Both the position numbers and the translations under genes were made by a program. This document shows positions 1 to 12,907 of a stretch of 55,606 nt of DNA, piece by piece. Where the stretch lies: assembly GCA_003158675.1 (NCBI GenBank), contig PMKN01000040.1:8590-64195 (forward strand), written 5' to 3'. The notes under the pieces are model-generated. The model ran no database searches and was not told the DNA's origin. It was given only the letters and a program-made list of their open reading frames with translations. The stretch is from Chloroflexota bacterium (GTDB lineage: Bacteria > Chloroflexota > Limnocylindria > Limnocylindrales > CSP1-4). Each line of letters opens with the position of its first letter. Position 1 is the stretch's first letter.

Positions 1-2229
<2,229 letters not shown>

Positions 2230-2235
2230 CTCGAG

Positions 2236-2269
2236 CCGCCGACTGCCCCGCCGCCGACTGCCCCGCCGC
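2236..2269. repeat. Short tandem duplication (gccgccgactgcccc x2) just after the metH stop
   Basis: 15-bp unit repeated twice plus a partial copy, read directly from the sequence. Confidence 0.6.
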
Positions 2270-2470
2270 TCTCTCCGAAGCCCGCGCCCTGGGGCGCCAT
2301 TGGGCGCCCTCTCGAAGAGCCGATCCCAAGGCTCTCCACATCGCCCGACGCCTTCGTAACCAAACCGCAACCAACGGCCGCGCGAATGGTCTGGAATCGG
2401 GTCGCGGAATTTGACGTCGTTCGCTACTATTCCGCCACAACGCCGCTACCCGAACGGAGATGCTCCCCCG

Positions 2471-3001
2471 ATGCCGTCCGCGCCGGTCCTCGTCGCCATC
2501 TCATCTGACCCACGGGCGGAGCCCTCGGGCCCCACTTTGGTGGCCGTGCCGGTAACCTCGGCCCCGCAGCAGATGCCATTGCTGCACGCAGTCGCGGTGG
2601 CGTCCGGCGAAGCGCCTTCGGCCCACGTACTGATCCAGACGCAGCCCACGGCACGCATCCACTGGATCGGCAGCTTCGTGAAGGACCGCCACCCGGCGGA
2701 CCTCTACGCCGACCTCGTCGCCGGTACGCCGGATCTCGTGATCGTCGACGCTCGCTATCCGGAGAGCTATGCCGTCGAACACCTGCCCGGCGCCATCAAC
2801 CTGCCGGCGCGCGATATCGATGAGACTGGCACAGCCAATCTTTGCCGCGATGCCGAGTACGTCGTCTATTGCTGGAACGCCAGCTGCCACGCCTCCACGA
2901 AGACGGCGCAGCGGCTGACAGCCCTCGGCTTCAAAGTGAAGGAGCTCCACGGGGGCCTGCACGACTGGAAGAAACAGGGCTACCCCACCGAGCGCACCTA
3001 G
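2471..3001 (+). CDS. Rhodanese-like domain protein (sulfurtransferase)
   Basis: IVDAR...EHLPGAINLP, active-site loop VVYCWNASC, C-terminal LHGGLHDWKKQGYP. Start moved to ATG 2471, which follows GGAGA at 2456-2460. Confidence 0.88.
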   Translation: MPSAPVLVAISSDPRAEPSGPTLVAVPVTSAPQQMPLLHAVAVASGEAPSAHVLIQTQPTARIHWIGSFVKDRHPADLYADLVAGTPDLVIVDARYPESYAVEHLPGAINLPARDIDETGTANLCRDAEYVVYCWNASCHASTKTAQRLTALGFKVKELHGGLHDWKKQGYPTERT

Positions 3002-3170
3002 CCAGAGCGGACGCCGAGGCCCCAGTCGGGCGCTCGTTTGCCGGCTTCTCACCCCGCGTCACGACAACCGTTCTGGCCGCCCCGGTCCCGCCGCCTGTCC
3101 GTGGTTCGCGGAGCGGTTCGCCGCAGGCTCACACCGCTAGAATCGGACCACTCAGCAGCGGAGATCGGCA

Positions 3171-4793
3171 TTGAGCGACGGGCGAGTGGCGGATCGGGCA
3201 ACGACCGGCGGCGCGGGTTCCGGTGGCGCCGATGTGGACTGCGTCGTCGTCCTGGATTTCGGCAGCCAATACAGCCGGCTGATCGCCCGCCGGGTGCGCG
3301 AACTCAACGTCTATTCGGAGCTGCTCCCGTTCGATACCCCGTGGCCCGAGATCGCGGCCCGGAAACCGGTTGCCGTGATCCTGTCGGGCGGACCTTCAAG
3401 CGTATACGAGGACGGTTCGCCCCACCCCGACCCGGCCCTCTGGACCGGCGGAGTGCCAATCCTGGGCATCTGCTACGGCCTTCATCTGATGGCACAGGCG
3501 CTGGGCGGCGAGGTCGTCTCGTTCGAGCGCAAGGAGTTCGGGCCGGCGGTCGTCTCGGTAACCGCCCCCGGCGGGCTCTTTGCCGCCATCGAGCCCGAGC
3601 AGTCGGTCTGGATGAGCCACGGCGATTCAATCCGGCGGCTGCCCAACGGCTTCGGCTCGACCGCCCGGACCGACTCGACTCCGTACGCAGCGGTCGCCGA
3701 TCCATCGCGCGCCATGTATGGCATCCAGTTCCATCCGGAGGTAGTCCACACGCCGGCGGGTCGCGACATACTGCGCAACTTCGTCGTGGGCATCGCCGGA
3801 GCCCGCCAGACCTGGACGCCGGCCAACTTCATCGCCTCGACCGTTGAAGAGATCCGGCATCGGGTCGACGAGTACAGCCGCAAGACCGGCACGGACGGGC
3901 GCGTCCTGTGCGCCCTGTCCGGCGGAGTCGACTCGGCCGTTGCCGCGACGCTGGTTCACCGCGCTGTGGGCAAGAAACTCACCTGCGTCCACGTGGACCA
4001 CGGGATGATGCGCAAGAACGAGACGGCACTACTGCGAACCGCCTTCGAGCAGCTGGGCGTCGACGTCATCGTCGTCGACGCTCGCGATCGGTTCTTGCGG
4101 GAACTGGAAGGCGTCATCGACCCCGAACAGAAGCGCCGCATCATCGGCAACGAGTTCATCCGCGTCTTCGAGGAGGAGTCGACCAGACTCGGCCAGATCG
4201 ACTTCCTGACGCAGGGCACGCTCTACCCCGACGTCATTGAATCGGCCACGTCGTCCAAGGAGAAGGCGGCCGCGAAGATCAAGACCCACCACAACGTCGG
4301 CGGGCTGCCGGACGATCTCCGGTTCCAGCTCATCGAGCCGCTGCGCTACCTTTTCAAGGACGAGGTCCGGGCGGTCGGGAGCGAACTCGGACTACCGGAC
4401 TCGATGGTCCTGCGTCAGCCTTTCCCGGGCCCCGGCCTGGCCATTCGGATCATCGGCGAGGTCACGGCCGAGCGGCTGGCCACCCTGCGGGAGGCCGATT
4501 GGATCGTCATCGATGAGATCAAGGCGGCCGGCCTGTACCGCAGCATCTGGCAGTCGTTCGCCATCCTGACCCCGATTCGCTCGGTCGGTGTCATGGGCGA
4601 CGGCCGAACGTACGCCAACGTGGTGGCCATTCGCGCCGTCACCTCGGAGGACGCGATGACCGCCGACTGGGCCAAGCTCCCGTACGAGGTTCTGGGCAAG
4701 ATCAGCGCCCGGATCGTCAACGAGGTCCCGGGCGTCAACAGAGTGGTCTACGACGTCAGCTCGAAACCGCCCGCCACCATAGAGTGGGAGTGA
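3171..4793 (+). CDS. guaA: GMP synthase (glutamine-hydrolysing)
   Basis: [35 protein letters not shown] and C-terminal [16 protein letters not shown] at 3138 and GGAG precede the TTG start. Confidence 0.98.
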   Translation: MSDGRVADRATTGGAGSGGADVDCVVVLDFGSQYSRLIARRVRELNVYSELLPFDTPWPEIAARKPVAVILSGGPSSVYEDGSPHPDPALWTGGVPILGICYGLHLMAQALGGEVVSFERKEFGPAVVSVTAPGGLFAAIEPEQSVWMSHGDSIRRLPNGFGSTARTDSTPYAAVADPSRAMYGIQFHPEVVHTPAGRDILRNFVVGIAGARQTWTPANFIASTVEEIRHRVDEYSRKTGTDGRVLCALSGGVDSAVAATLVHRAVGKKLTCVHVDHGMMRKNETALLRTAFEQLGVDVIVVDARDRFLRELEGVIDPEQKRRIIGNEFIRVFEEESTRLGQIDFLTQGTLYPDVIESATSSKEKAAAKIKTHHNVGGLPDDLRFQLIEPLRYLFKDEVRAVGSELGLPDSMVLRQPFPGPGLAIRIIGEVTAERLATLREADWIVIDEIKAAGLYRSIWQSFAILTPIRSVGVMGDGRTYANVVAIRAVTSEDAMTADWAKLPYEVLGKISARIVNEVPGVNRVVYDVSSKPPATIEWE

Positions 4794-4827
4794 TTCGGCG
4801 CCGCGAGTCGCCACGAGAGGAAGATGG

Positions 4828-5847
4828 ATGCAGAGGAGATACGGTGCGCTGGCCGTCTTCGGGGGGTGGCTCTGCATTCCCTTGAGCGTAGTTTCGGGGC
4901 TGATTGCCACGCAGGTCCTGGGCTTCGCCCACACGTTGGGGCCTCCGCCTCCGACCGGCGTGTACGGCACGGACGCCATCATCGTCTTCTGGGTCATCGT
5001 TAGCGTCGCCATCCTGACCCTGGCACCGGTGGTCGCGAGCGTTTCCGCCCCGGCTCCGGGCCGCAGGGAGTACGCGGCCGCCGCGGCAATGGCGATCGCC
5101 GGCATTGTCCTGCTGCCCGACGACCTTGGCCGCGCCATTTCCCTGGCCCTTCTGCCGGGAGCCGGGCTCTTCGCGGTCGGCGGGTGGTGGCTCGAACAAG
5201 CCGGCCACATCGAAGCGCAGCTCGAAGCGGCGCCCGCCGCGACGCCTGCCGCGACGCGCGACGCGACGCGCGCAGCCACGCGCGACGCCGAGGTCGCACC
5301 CCTATCCGGACCGACCGCGGACGCCGAAGTCTTAGGCAGTGGCGCGGCGACGGCCGAAAGGGCTACGCCCGAAACGGCGTCCGCCACCGGGCGGTCCGGG
5401 CGACCCAGGAAGTCCGGGAGAGCCGCCGCCGGGCCTGGGAGCTTCTGCCCGTGGTGTTCGGCCCCAATAAGGAGAGGGGCGGACCGTTGCCCCGGTTGCG
5501 GCGCGGCCTTGATCTTCGCGAGAAAGACCGAAAACGATCCGATCCCCGGTCTTACTTCCGTGGACCCCAGGCTGCAAGCCTATGCCGAGAAAGCCGCCGC
5601 CAGGAAGAAGCGCTCGGGACTGCTTTCGATGATCAGAGCCGACGATGAGGATCGTCTCGCCGGAACCGGACCCGAGGAACTCGATCCGGCAGTGCTGGGC
5701 CCGCCAAGCGCGGAAGTGCGGGCCGAGATGGCCAGGATCGACCGCGAAATCGCGGCCCGGACCGGATCCGGCGACACGTCCGCCCACCTGCCGCCGGAAA
5801 CCGACGCGCCGTCGGACGGTCACACGCCATCGAACGCCGACCCGTAG
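4828..5847 (+). CDS. Hypothetical membrane protein (about 4 N-terminal TM helices) with a cytoplasmic zinc ribbon
   Basis: Hydrophobic N-terminal ~120 aa, Ala/Thr/Arg linker, CPWC-x10-CPGC. GAGAGGA lies upstream of the start. Confidence 0.75.
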   Translation: MQRRYGALAVFGGWLCIPLSVVSGLIATQVLGFAHTLGPPPPTGVYGTDAIIVFWVIVSVAILTLAPVVASVSAPAPGRREYAAAAAMAIAGIVLLPDDLGRAISLALLPGAGLFAVGGWWLEQAGHIEAQLEAAPAATPAATRDATRAATRDAEVAPLSGPTADAEVLGSGAATAERATPETASATGRSGRPRKSGRAAAGPGSFCPWCSAPIRRGADRCPGCGAALIFARKTENDPIPGLTSVDPRLQAYAEKAAARKKRSGLLSMIRADDEDRLAGTGPEELDPAVLGPPSAEVRAEMARIDREIAARTGSGDTSAHLPPETDAPSDGHTPSNADP

Positions 5848-5851
5848 TCCG

Positions 5852-6313
5852 ATGCCGAATCCAATGCCCGGACTTCCCGCGCCAGGCCCTTCGTACCTCC
5901 GAGAACTCGAGGTCCGCCCAGGCGACACGCCACGTGTGGGCATGAGCCGGCCCCAAACCATCGCCGACGGGTGGTGGGTGTCGCTGCTCTGGTGCGAGGA
6001 TGGCGGCCGGGTGGTGGAGTTCAGGGCCTTCAGCCCCACTCCCGAGCCGCCCCCAGGCTCGCCGCTGCTTCGTCTCGGGCCCGCGCTCGCCGGGACACTC
6101 TCCGGCCTGATCGCCGAAGATGGCGGGCGCCAGCAGCTGCGACTTCGGCTCGGGCAGCCGCCCGTTCAGGAGGCCAAGCCCTGGGAGGCGCCGCTCACGG
6201 TGCTCGCGGCGTTCAGATTCGAACCGACCCGCGCGGCCACAATGCGGGAGAACGAGCTCGCGCAGACGGTCCTCGAAGCCTTCCGGGCCGCAATTCTGCG
6301 TCTGGCGGGCTGA
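5852..6313 (+). CDS. Hypothetical protein
   Basis: ATG 4 nt after the previous stop. Globular-looking sequence (GWWVSLLW...AAFRFEP) fills the gap before the UPF0182 gene. Confidence 0.65.
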   Translation: MPNPMPGLPAPGPSYLRELEVRPGDTPRVGMSRPQTIADGWWVSLLWCEDGGRVVEFRAFSPTPEPPPGSPLLRLGPALAGTLSGLIAEDGGRQQLRLRLGQPPVQEAKPWEAPLTVLAAFRFEPTRAATMRENELAQTVLEAFRAAILRLAG

Positions 6314-6362
6314 AATCGCGCAATCGAATGCTGCCTGGATACTTGCTGCGTCGCGAGATCGC

Positions 6363-6368
6363 TAGACT
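6363..6368 (+). promoter_or_regulatory. -10 element TAGACT 6 nt before ATG 6375 (leaderless promoter)
   Basis: TAGACT-cggcgc-ATG with no SD sequence. Confidence 0.55.
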
Positions 6369-6374
6369 CGGCGC

Positions 6375-9300
6375 ATGCGTAACGTATTCGATGAGTTCAT
6401 GGACGAGCTCCGCCGGCGCCAGGCCCAGCAACGCGGCGGGACGGCCAAATCGGAATCCAAACCGGGCGATGAGCCTTCCGGAGCCGAGCCGGGCTCCGAA
6501 GCGACCGATCGCCAATCCAGCGAGGGCCCAACGGAGGACACGCCCGTGACGTCAAACGGAGACGATTCCGACAACGAAGCCGAGCGCAACGACGAAGACC
6601 GGAGCGGCTTCCGAGGCGGCAACTTTGGACGCCCACGGGGTTTCCGGGTCGGCGGCTCCGACGGAGACATGCCGGAGATTCACATCAGCCGCTTCTGGAT
6701 CGTGGCGGGCATTGTCACCCTCGCCATCCTGTTCGGGATCTCGCTCTTCTTCTCGCTTGGCGTGGGGCTGTGGACGGACGCGATCTGGTACCAGAGCGTC
6801 GGCTACGCCGATGTCTTCTGGACTCGCATCGGCTCGCAAGTGGGCCTCTTCGCCGTGGCCACCGTGGGCGGGTTCCTCTTCATCTGGCTGAATCTCTGGC
6901 TGGCCGGCAGGTTGATCCCCAAGGGCGCTCTGCGGCGCTTCTCGATCGACGACTTCCTCGACCGCTTCAACCTGGACCGCTACAGCGCCATGGGCGGCGG
7001 CGGCCCGTTCGGTGCTCCCCGAAGGCCTACTGGCCGGCAGAACGAGTCGATCGAGATTCCTGATGTCGCCCGGCCCGTCTTCTGGGTCTTGGTCGGAATC
7101 GCCGCCTTGCTGGCGCTGGGCCTGGGCGGCGTCATGGCCGCCAGCTGGACCACCGTCCAGCTCTTCGCCCATCAGGTCTCCTTCGGTCAGACGGACCCGT
7201 CGTTCCACCTGGATCTGGGTTTCTACGTCTTCGATCTGCCGTTCTACCGCCTGATCCAGTCACTGGCAAACACGCTCCTCCTGATGTCGATTGTGCTGGT
7301 TGGCATTCGGTATCTCGTGGCCGTCATTTCCGGAGCCTCAATGCCGACCGCGGCGCGGGCCCACGTCGGCGTCCTCGTCGCGCTATTCCTTTTCACGATT
7401 GCCATTGGCTTCCAGCTCGACCGCTACTCGCTCGTCTACAGCAATCAGAGCGGCGTCTTCCAGGGCGTCAGCTATACCGACGCCAATGCGAGAGTCCTGG
7501 CCATCAACGTCATGACGATCCTGGCCGCCTTTGCCGGGACCCTGTTCCTGGCCTTCTGCCTGACTCGCTGGTGGGTGCCGCTGACCCTGACGATCGTGGT
7601 CTGGATGGGCGCATACGTGGCCCTGGACTTCGCCTATCCGCTCATCACCCAGCGGATCGCCGTCGATCCGAACCAGCAGGGTCAGGAGACGCCCTACATC
7701 CAGAACAACATCGACATGACCCGGCTCGGGTTCGACCTCAACGGCTGGACTACTACGCCATACCAGCCAGGCACATCGATCAACCAGGCGTCGCTCACGA
7801 CGGAGCAATCGACGATCCAGAACCTGCGCCTGTGGGACTACCGGCCGCTCGGGCCGACGCTCGACAACATGCAGCTGCTGCGGAACTACTACAGCTTCGG
7901 CCAGGTCGACACGGACCGATACACCTTCACGGACGCCGCGGCCTGCGCTCCCAACCCGGCTCCGTGCGTGCGCCAGGTGATGCTCGCCGGACGTGAACTC
8001 GACCCGACGAAAGTGGCCGACCTCAACAACGGCAACTCCAGCTGGGTCAATCAGCACCTGGTCTACACACACGGCGTGGGGCTGGCGATGTTGCCGGTCA
8101 ACGAGGTCGTGCGCAGCTCCACCGGCCAGAGCGCGAACCCGCTCCTGGTCATCCAGAACGTGCCGCCGGCTTCCTCGGCGGGCGCCCCAGTCGTAAGCCA
8201 GCCGCGCATCTACTTCGGCACGCAGACCAGCGACTACGTCATCGTCGGCGGTGGCACTCAGGAATTCGACTACCCGTCGGCGACGACCACGGGCGACGCC
8301 TACAACAGCTGGACAGGCACCACCGGCATCAAGCTGGACACGCCCCTCACCAAGCTGCTCTTCGCCGCCCGATTTGGAGACCTGAACTTGCTGATCAGCA
8401 ACCAGGTCAGCGGCAACAGCCAGCTGCTCATGAATCGTTCGATCCAGGAGCGAGTCCAGCAGGTAGCGCCGTACCTGCGCTACGACAAGGATCCATATCT
8501 CGTCGTGACCGCGACTGGCCGGCTCGTCTACGTCCTCGACGCGTATACCACGACCGCCGATCTGCCCGATGCCAACACCTTCAACCCCGGCAGCGACCCA
8601 ACCTCGAGCGGGCTCGCGGGCGATTCCTTCAACTACATCCGCAACAGCGTCAAGGTGGTCATGGACGCCTACGACGGCACCACGACCTTCTACGTCGCCG
8701 ATCCGAACGATCCGATCATCAGGGCCTGGGAGGGCGTCTTCCCGACCGTCTACCACCCGCTGTCGGATATGTCGGCCGATCTTCAAGCGCATCTGCGCTA
8801 CCCCGAAGACCTGTTCGACGCTCAGACCAGCCAGTACGAGAAGTACCACGTCACCGACCCCGGCGTGTTCTACCAGGGCAACAACGTCTGGCAGGTGGCG
8901 CGCAACGCCGGCACGACCGGCAGCACTGGCCCGCAGCAGCTCGGGCTCGAGGCCTACTACGTGGAAATGCAGGACCCGGGCCAGGCGACCTCGACCAATT
9001 CCGAGTTCCTGCTGCTGCAGCCGATGGTCCCGAACGGCCGGCCGAACATGATCTCCTGGGTGGCCGCGCACAACGACCCGGCGTCTTATGGCCAGGTGAC
9101 CGTCTTCGACTTCCCGAGCAGTTCCACGATCTACGGGCCGGCGCAGATGAGCGCCCTGATTCTCCAGAACCCCGTGATCAGCCAACAGGTAACGCTCTGG
9201 TCGCAACAGGGCAGCACCGTGATCATGGGCAACCTGCTCGTCGTGCCGCTGCAGGATTCGATCCTGTACGTACAACCGGTCTACATGTCGTCGAACAGCA

Positions 9301-9677
9301 ACCCGCTGCCGGTGCTCCAGAAAGTCATCGTCGCCACCCCCAGCGCGATCGTCTGGGGCGACACGCTCCAGGCGGCTCTGAGTCAGCTGGTCAGCGGCAA
9401 TGGCGTTGCGCCGGGCACTTCTCCGTCGCCCGGAACCACGCCCGGAGCCTCGCCCGGTCCGGGTGTCACTGCGGTGCCGGGTAGCACGCCCACCGCCGGT
9501 CCAAGCTTCACCACGGGTGGCACGGCTCAGCAGTTGATTGCCCAGGCGAACCAGCACTACCAGGCCGCCCAGCAGGCCTTGCACAACGGCGACCTGGCGA
9601 CGTACCAGAAGGAGATGGACATCGTCGGCCAGATTCTGACCCAGCTCGAGACCCAGCTCGGTACGCCGGTGCCATGA
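6375..9677 (+). CDS. UPF0182 family large membrane protein
   Basis: WYQSVGY..VFWT, TDP.F..DLGFYVFDLP, NLRLWDYRPL, WVNQHLVYTHG, PRIYFG, NYIRNSVKVVMDAYDG, HLRYPEDLF, GNLLVVP. Confidence 0.93.
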   Translation: MRNVFDEFMDELRRRQAQQRGGTAKSESKPGDEPSGAEPGSEATDRQSSEGPTEDTPVTSNGDDSDNEAERNDEDRSGFRGGNFGRPRGFRVGGSDGDMPEIHISRFWIVAGIVTLAILFGISLFFSLGVGLWTDAIWYQSVGYADVFWTRIGSQVGLFAVATVGGFLFIWLNLWLAGRLIPKGALRRFSIDDFLDRFNLDRYSAMGGGGPFGAPRRPTGRQNESIEIPDVARPVFWVLVGIAALLALGLGGVMAASWTTVQLFAHQVSFGQTDPSFHLDLGFYVFDLPFYRLIQSLANTLLLMSIVLVGIRYLVAVISGASMPTAARAHVGVLVALFLFTIAIGFQLDRYSLVYSNQSGVFQGVSYTDANARVLAINVMTILAAFAGTLFLAFCLTRWWVPLTLTIVVWMGAYVALDFAYPLITQRIAVDPNQQGQETPYIQNNIDMTRLGFDLNGWTTTPYQPGTSINQASLTTEQSTIQNLRLWDYRPLGPTLDNMQLLRNYYSFGQVDTDRYTFTDAAACAPNPAPCVRQVMLAGRELDPTKVADLNNGNSSWVNQHLVYTHGVGLAMLPVNEVVRSSTGQSANPLLVIQNVPPASSAGAPVVSQPRIYFGTQTSDYVIVGGGTQEFDYPSATTTGDAYNSWTGTTGIKLDTPLTKLLFAARFGDLNLLISNQVSGNSQLLMNRSIQERVQQVAPYLRYDKDPYLVVTATGRLVYVLDAYTTTADLPDANTFNPGSDPTSSGLAGDSFNYIRNSVKVVMDAYDGTTTFYVADPNDPIIRAWEGVFPTVYHPLSDMSADLQAHLRYPEDLFDAQTSQYEKYHVTDPGVFYQGNNVWQVARNAGTTGSTGPQQLGLEAYYVEMQDPGQATSTNSEFLLLQPMVPNGRPNMISWVAAHNDPASYGQVTVFDFPSSSTIYGPAQMSALILQNPVISQQVTLWSQQGSTVIMGNLLVVPLQDSILYVQPVYMSSNSNPLPVLQKVIVATPSAIVWGDTLQAALSQLVSGNGVAPGTSPSPGTTPGASPGPGVTAVPGSTPTAGPSFTTGGTAQQLIAQANQHYQAAQQALHNGDLATYQKEMDIVGQILTQLETQLGTPVP

Positions 9678-9690
9678 CGGCGCCTACCGA

Positions 9691-10782
9691 ATGACGGAAC
9701 CGGCGGAACGACCGCCGGCGCGGCGGCGTAGCCGCACCGGTCGCCTTCGACAGGCGCTTGCGTTCGGTCTGTCCGGGCGCCAGCCGCCGCTCGTCGCTCT
9801 GACCGGATTCCTGCCGCGCGGCGGGATCGCCCTGCTGGCGTCGCCTGCAATCGTGTTTCCGTCGGTGATCGGAATTGCCGAGATTACCGGTGTGCGGGCC
9901 ATCTCGATTGCCGGCCAGCCGACGCCGTGGCTGGTGGAGGTGGCCCTGGCGGCCGCGCTTGGCGCCGCCGTCTGGCTGATGGTCGCAAGCCTGCTCGGTG
10001 CGTTGGCGGATGTCTGGCTGGTCGAAATGGCGCTCGACGAAACCGGCGCCTCACACACGCGGCTCGAGCTGCCCGGCCGATCGACCGTCCTGCGCCTCAT
10101 CGCGATCCGGGTCGTTTGTGCCGTTCCCCTGGCGGTGGCTCTGGCCTGGGCCGGGAGCCGCATCTTCGAAGCCACATACAACGAGCTGACCACGCCAACC
10201 AACCTGACCCAACCGCTGCCGCTGCGCGTGGTGTTCGCGGCCACGGACGCCGTGGTGGTGGTGATCGTCGTCTGGCTCGCCACCGAGACCCTGGCCGCGA
10301 TCGCCGTCCGGCGCCAGATACTGGCTTGCGGTGGGATCTGGCGGTCGCTGGCCGGCGCGGTGCAGCAGATCGTCCGACGGCCGCTCTCCACATGCCTGGC
10401 GATCGTCGTCTCGTACGGCGCGAGTGTCGTGGCGACGGTCGTCGCCCTGGCTGCCATAACCACGGCCTTCGACTGGTGCCGGATCGCCGCTCGTGACTCG
10501 GAGCCGCTCGCCCTCAGGATCGGTGTCGGCGGCCTGGCTGCCACGCGCGACTTCCGGCCCGTCGTGTTTGCGCTCGCGGCGGTGGCGCTGGCGTTGGCCT
10601 GGGCCGCCGCGCTGGCTCTCTCGGCCGTGACTTCGGCGTGGCGAAGCGCCGCCTTCAGCCAGGAAGTTGCAGATGCTCTGGCGGTCCGAGTCACCGCGAG
10701 CCACAATGTCCACGACCGGGCCCGGTTGGCAATATCGGGCACGACCGACGAAAGATCGGGGATTGACCCGACACACGACTGA
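9691..10782 (+). CDS. Hypothetical polytopic membrane protein
   Basis: About 6 hydrophobic segments; starts 13 nt after the UPF0182 stop. Confidence 0.7.
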   Translation: MTEPAERPPARRRSRTGRLRQALAFGLSGRQPPLVALTGFLPRGGIALLASPAIVFPSVIGIAEITGVRAISIAGQPTPWLVEVALAAALGAAVWLMVASLLGALADVWLVEMALDETGASHTRLELPGRSTVLRLIAIRVVCAVPLAVALAWAGSRIFEATYNELTTPTNLTQPLPLRVVFAATDAVVVVIVVWLATETLAAIAVRRQILACGGIWRSLAGAVQQIVRRPLSTCLAIVVSYGASVVATVVALAAITTAFDWCRIAARDSEPLALRIGVGGLAATRDFRPVVFALAAVALALAWAAALALSAVTSAWRSAAFSQEVADALAVRVTASHNVHDRARLAISGTTDERSGIDPTHD

Positions 10783-10841
10783 GCGGGAACCTCGGAATCC
10801 GCGGGGCCGATTGGTTTTGGGGCCTCGAAGGGAGGGTCCGT

Positions 10842-12068
10842 ATGGCCGAGCCCACCGTCTGCGACAAATGCTCGTCGCCGATTTCACCGGACGACACGAC
10901 CTGTCAGGTCTGCGGCTCGGCCATCGCCGGGCGTGGGACGGAGGGCACCGTCCTGGGCGGGGCGACTGAGAACGAGGACCCCGAGATTGAGGACGCCGAG
11001 ACTGGGGACGCGACAGAGCCGGTCCACGTCCCGGATGGTTGGCCCATCGACATTGGGACGCTGCAGCGCCAGTCGGCTCGCGAAGCCGCGGCCAAGGCAG
11101 CGGCCGCGGGTGCCGAGGCCGCTCGCCGAGCGGCGGCGGAGGCAGCCGCCGAGAAGCGTTCCGCCTGGAGATCCGACCTGGCGAGCCGCGCCGAAGTCGA
11201 GGCCCCAGCGGAACCCGAGCCGGTGGCGCAGTCACCGGTTTGGGCGGCGCGACCGTCCAACACCGACGCGCCCTCGCCCGGGCCGCAACAGGAGTTACCG
11301 CAAGCGGAACCGGCAGCGTACCTCGCTCCGTCAGCCACCTACCGGTCGCTCAGCTCAATTGGCGGCCGACAGGCAGCGCCGCTAGGCCCGCCCGAGCCGG
11401 GACCGCGTCCATCGAGCCCACCGCTCCCGACCCCCTTGGTTGCCCCTCCGGCGTATGGCGCATCTGCGGCGACACCGCTAGCCATGTCTGCGGCGGCCAG
11501 AGCGGCGACCCGGCCGGCGGGCCCGACCTACCCAGCCGGTCGAGTCATGAGGCCCGCACCGCCGCCGCCGGCCGTTCCCCTGACCGCCTGGGAGAGATTC
11601 GCCGCGAAGCTGGCGTCGATCTCATCGCAGCCTAAGTCTCAACTGGTCGCCGCTGGCCTGGTGGTGCTGGGCGGCGCCATGGGAACCGTGAGCTTCTTCC
11701 TTCCCTGGGCCGGCCCCGATGGGATGGCGATCGGAGCGATGGGCAGCAACCCGACTCACAACGCGTGGGCTTTCGACACGCCTGCCGGCTGGCCGCTCTT
11801 CATCATCACCGTGCTCCTCGTTGCGTCGGTTCTGGTCAGCGACCAGCTGGAGGATCTGATGCCAGGTCTGGCTGCCACCGTGCGGCGGCTGACCGAGGTG
11901 GTTTCGCCGATGCTGTTGGGCGGCGTCTACGCGGGCGTTGCGGTCGTCAATTGGACGCTGCCATGGGCGAGCGGATCCGGCATCAGCATGCTCGCGCTGG
12001 CCTCCGGCCTGCTGATTGCAGGTTCGATCACAGGTCTGTTCTACCCAGCCGGGCAGCGAGGCGCCTGA
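10842..12068 (+). CDS. Hypothetical protein: N-terminal zinc ribbon, Pro/Ala-rich linker, C-terminal 4-TM domain
   Basis: CDKC-x10-CQVC at the N-terminus; FFLPW motif at the start of the TM region; SD GGAGG before the ATG. Confidence 0.78.
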   Translation: MAEPTVCDKCSSPISPDDTTCQVCGSAIAGRGTEGTVLGGATENEDPEIEDAETGDATEPVHVPDGWPIDIGTLQRQSAREAAAKAAAAGAEAARRAAAEAAAEKRSAWRSDLASRAEVEAPAEPEPVAQSPVWAARPSNTDAPSPGPQQELPQAEPAAYLAPSATYRSLSSIGGRQAAPLGPPEPGPRPSSPPLPTPLVAPPAYGASAATPLAMSAAARAATRPAGPTYPAGRVMRPAPPPPAVPLTAWERFAAKLASISSQPKSQLVAAGLVVLGGAMGTVSFFLPWAGPDGMAIGAMGSNPTHNAWAFDTPAGWPLFIITVLLVASVLVSDQLEDLMPGLAATVRRLTEVVSPMLLGGVYAGVAVVNWTLPWASGSGISMLALASGLLIAGSITGLFYPAGQRGA

Positions 12069-12226
12069 ATCGCCCATCTGGGCCTGGCGTCACCCGCGCA
12101 CCGGAACGTGCGTCACAGGGTGCGCAGCACGGCGGTTGGCAGTGTTGGCCCTGGTAGACTTCAGATTGCCTCTTCGCTGTTCGGTCGGACGCCTGAAGGG
12201 CGAAACGGAGAAAGCGATCCCTCCCG

Positions 12227-12874
12227 ATGAATGACCCGGTCGGCGCACTCGGCGGCGCGATGGGCGCGTTCTTCTCGAACGCGGTCGTGCAGGGGGTTCT
12301 GTACGCCACTTTCGGCTACATGGTCTTGCTTTGGATCGTGGCAGCCTACTGGGCCTTCCGTGACATGCGGGACCGGACCGAGAACCCGGCGCTCCCGTTC
12401 CTGGCCACGGGTCTCATAATCCTATTCCTGCCCTTCTTCTTCCCCCTCGGAGTTGTCGTCTACCGGGTCGTTCGACCTCCCGAGCGGCTCGGAGAGGTGT
12501 ACGAGAGGAATCTGGCCGAGGAAGCTCTGCTCGCCGAAGTGGAGGCGGTCAAGACCTGCCGCAGCTGTGACCGAAGAGTCGATCCCGAGTGGATCATCTG
12601 CCCGTGGTGCCGCCAGCGACTCAACAGGGTCTGCCCCAATTGCGAGCGGCTGGTGGGCCTCGACTGGTCGCTGTGCGCCTGGTGCGGCAAGGACTTCGAG
12701 CGTCCGGCGATCGAGCCAGTCACGGAGCCTGCGCCGATCAGTCTGCCGGCACTTGCCCCAGGACCGGCGGCGACACCCGCGCCCGGACCGATCCTCGGGA
12801 GTATGTCCCCGGCAACGGGGGGCATCGCCTCGAGCGGCGGCATGCGTTCGGGCAACCAAGTCACCGGCCGCTGA
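12227..12874 (+). CDS. Membrane-anchored double zinc ribbon (DZR-like) protein
   Basis: Two TM helices followed by CRSC..CPWC..CPNC..CAWC. TAGACT at 12155-12160 upstream. Confidence 0.85.
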   Translation: MNDPVGALGGAMGAFFSNAVVQGVLYATFGYMVLLWIVAAYWAFRDMRDRTENPALPFLATGLIILFLPFFFPLGVVVYRVVRPPERLGEVYERNLAEEALLAEVEAVKTCRSCDRRVDPEWIICPWCRQRLNRVCPNCERLVGLDWSLCAWCGKDFERPAIEPVTEPAPISLPALAPGPAATPAPGPILGSMSPATGGIASSGGMRSGNQVTGR

Positions 12875-12907
12875 CGGCCGGCTGAAGCAACCTCGGGCAG
12901 CGACTCT

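Noticed and set aside
2411-2430. TTGACG...TACTAT as a sigma70 -35/-10 pair
   Set aside because: The spacer is only 8 nt; at most the -10 is real.
7383-9584. 733-aa antisense ORF and similar long shadow ORFs (16675-18363, 18258-19877, 42562-43926, 49082-50683)
   Set aside because: They mirror well-supported genes; stop-poor antisense frames are expected at this GC content; no motifs.
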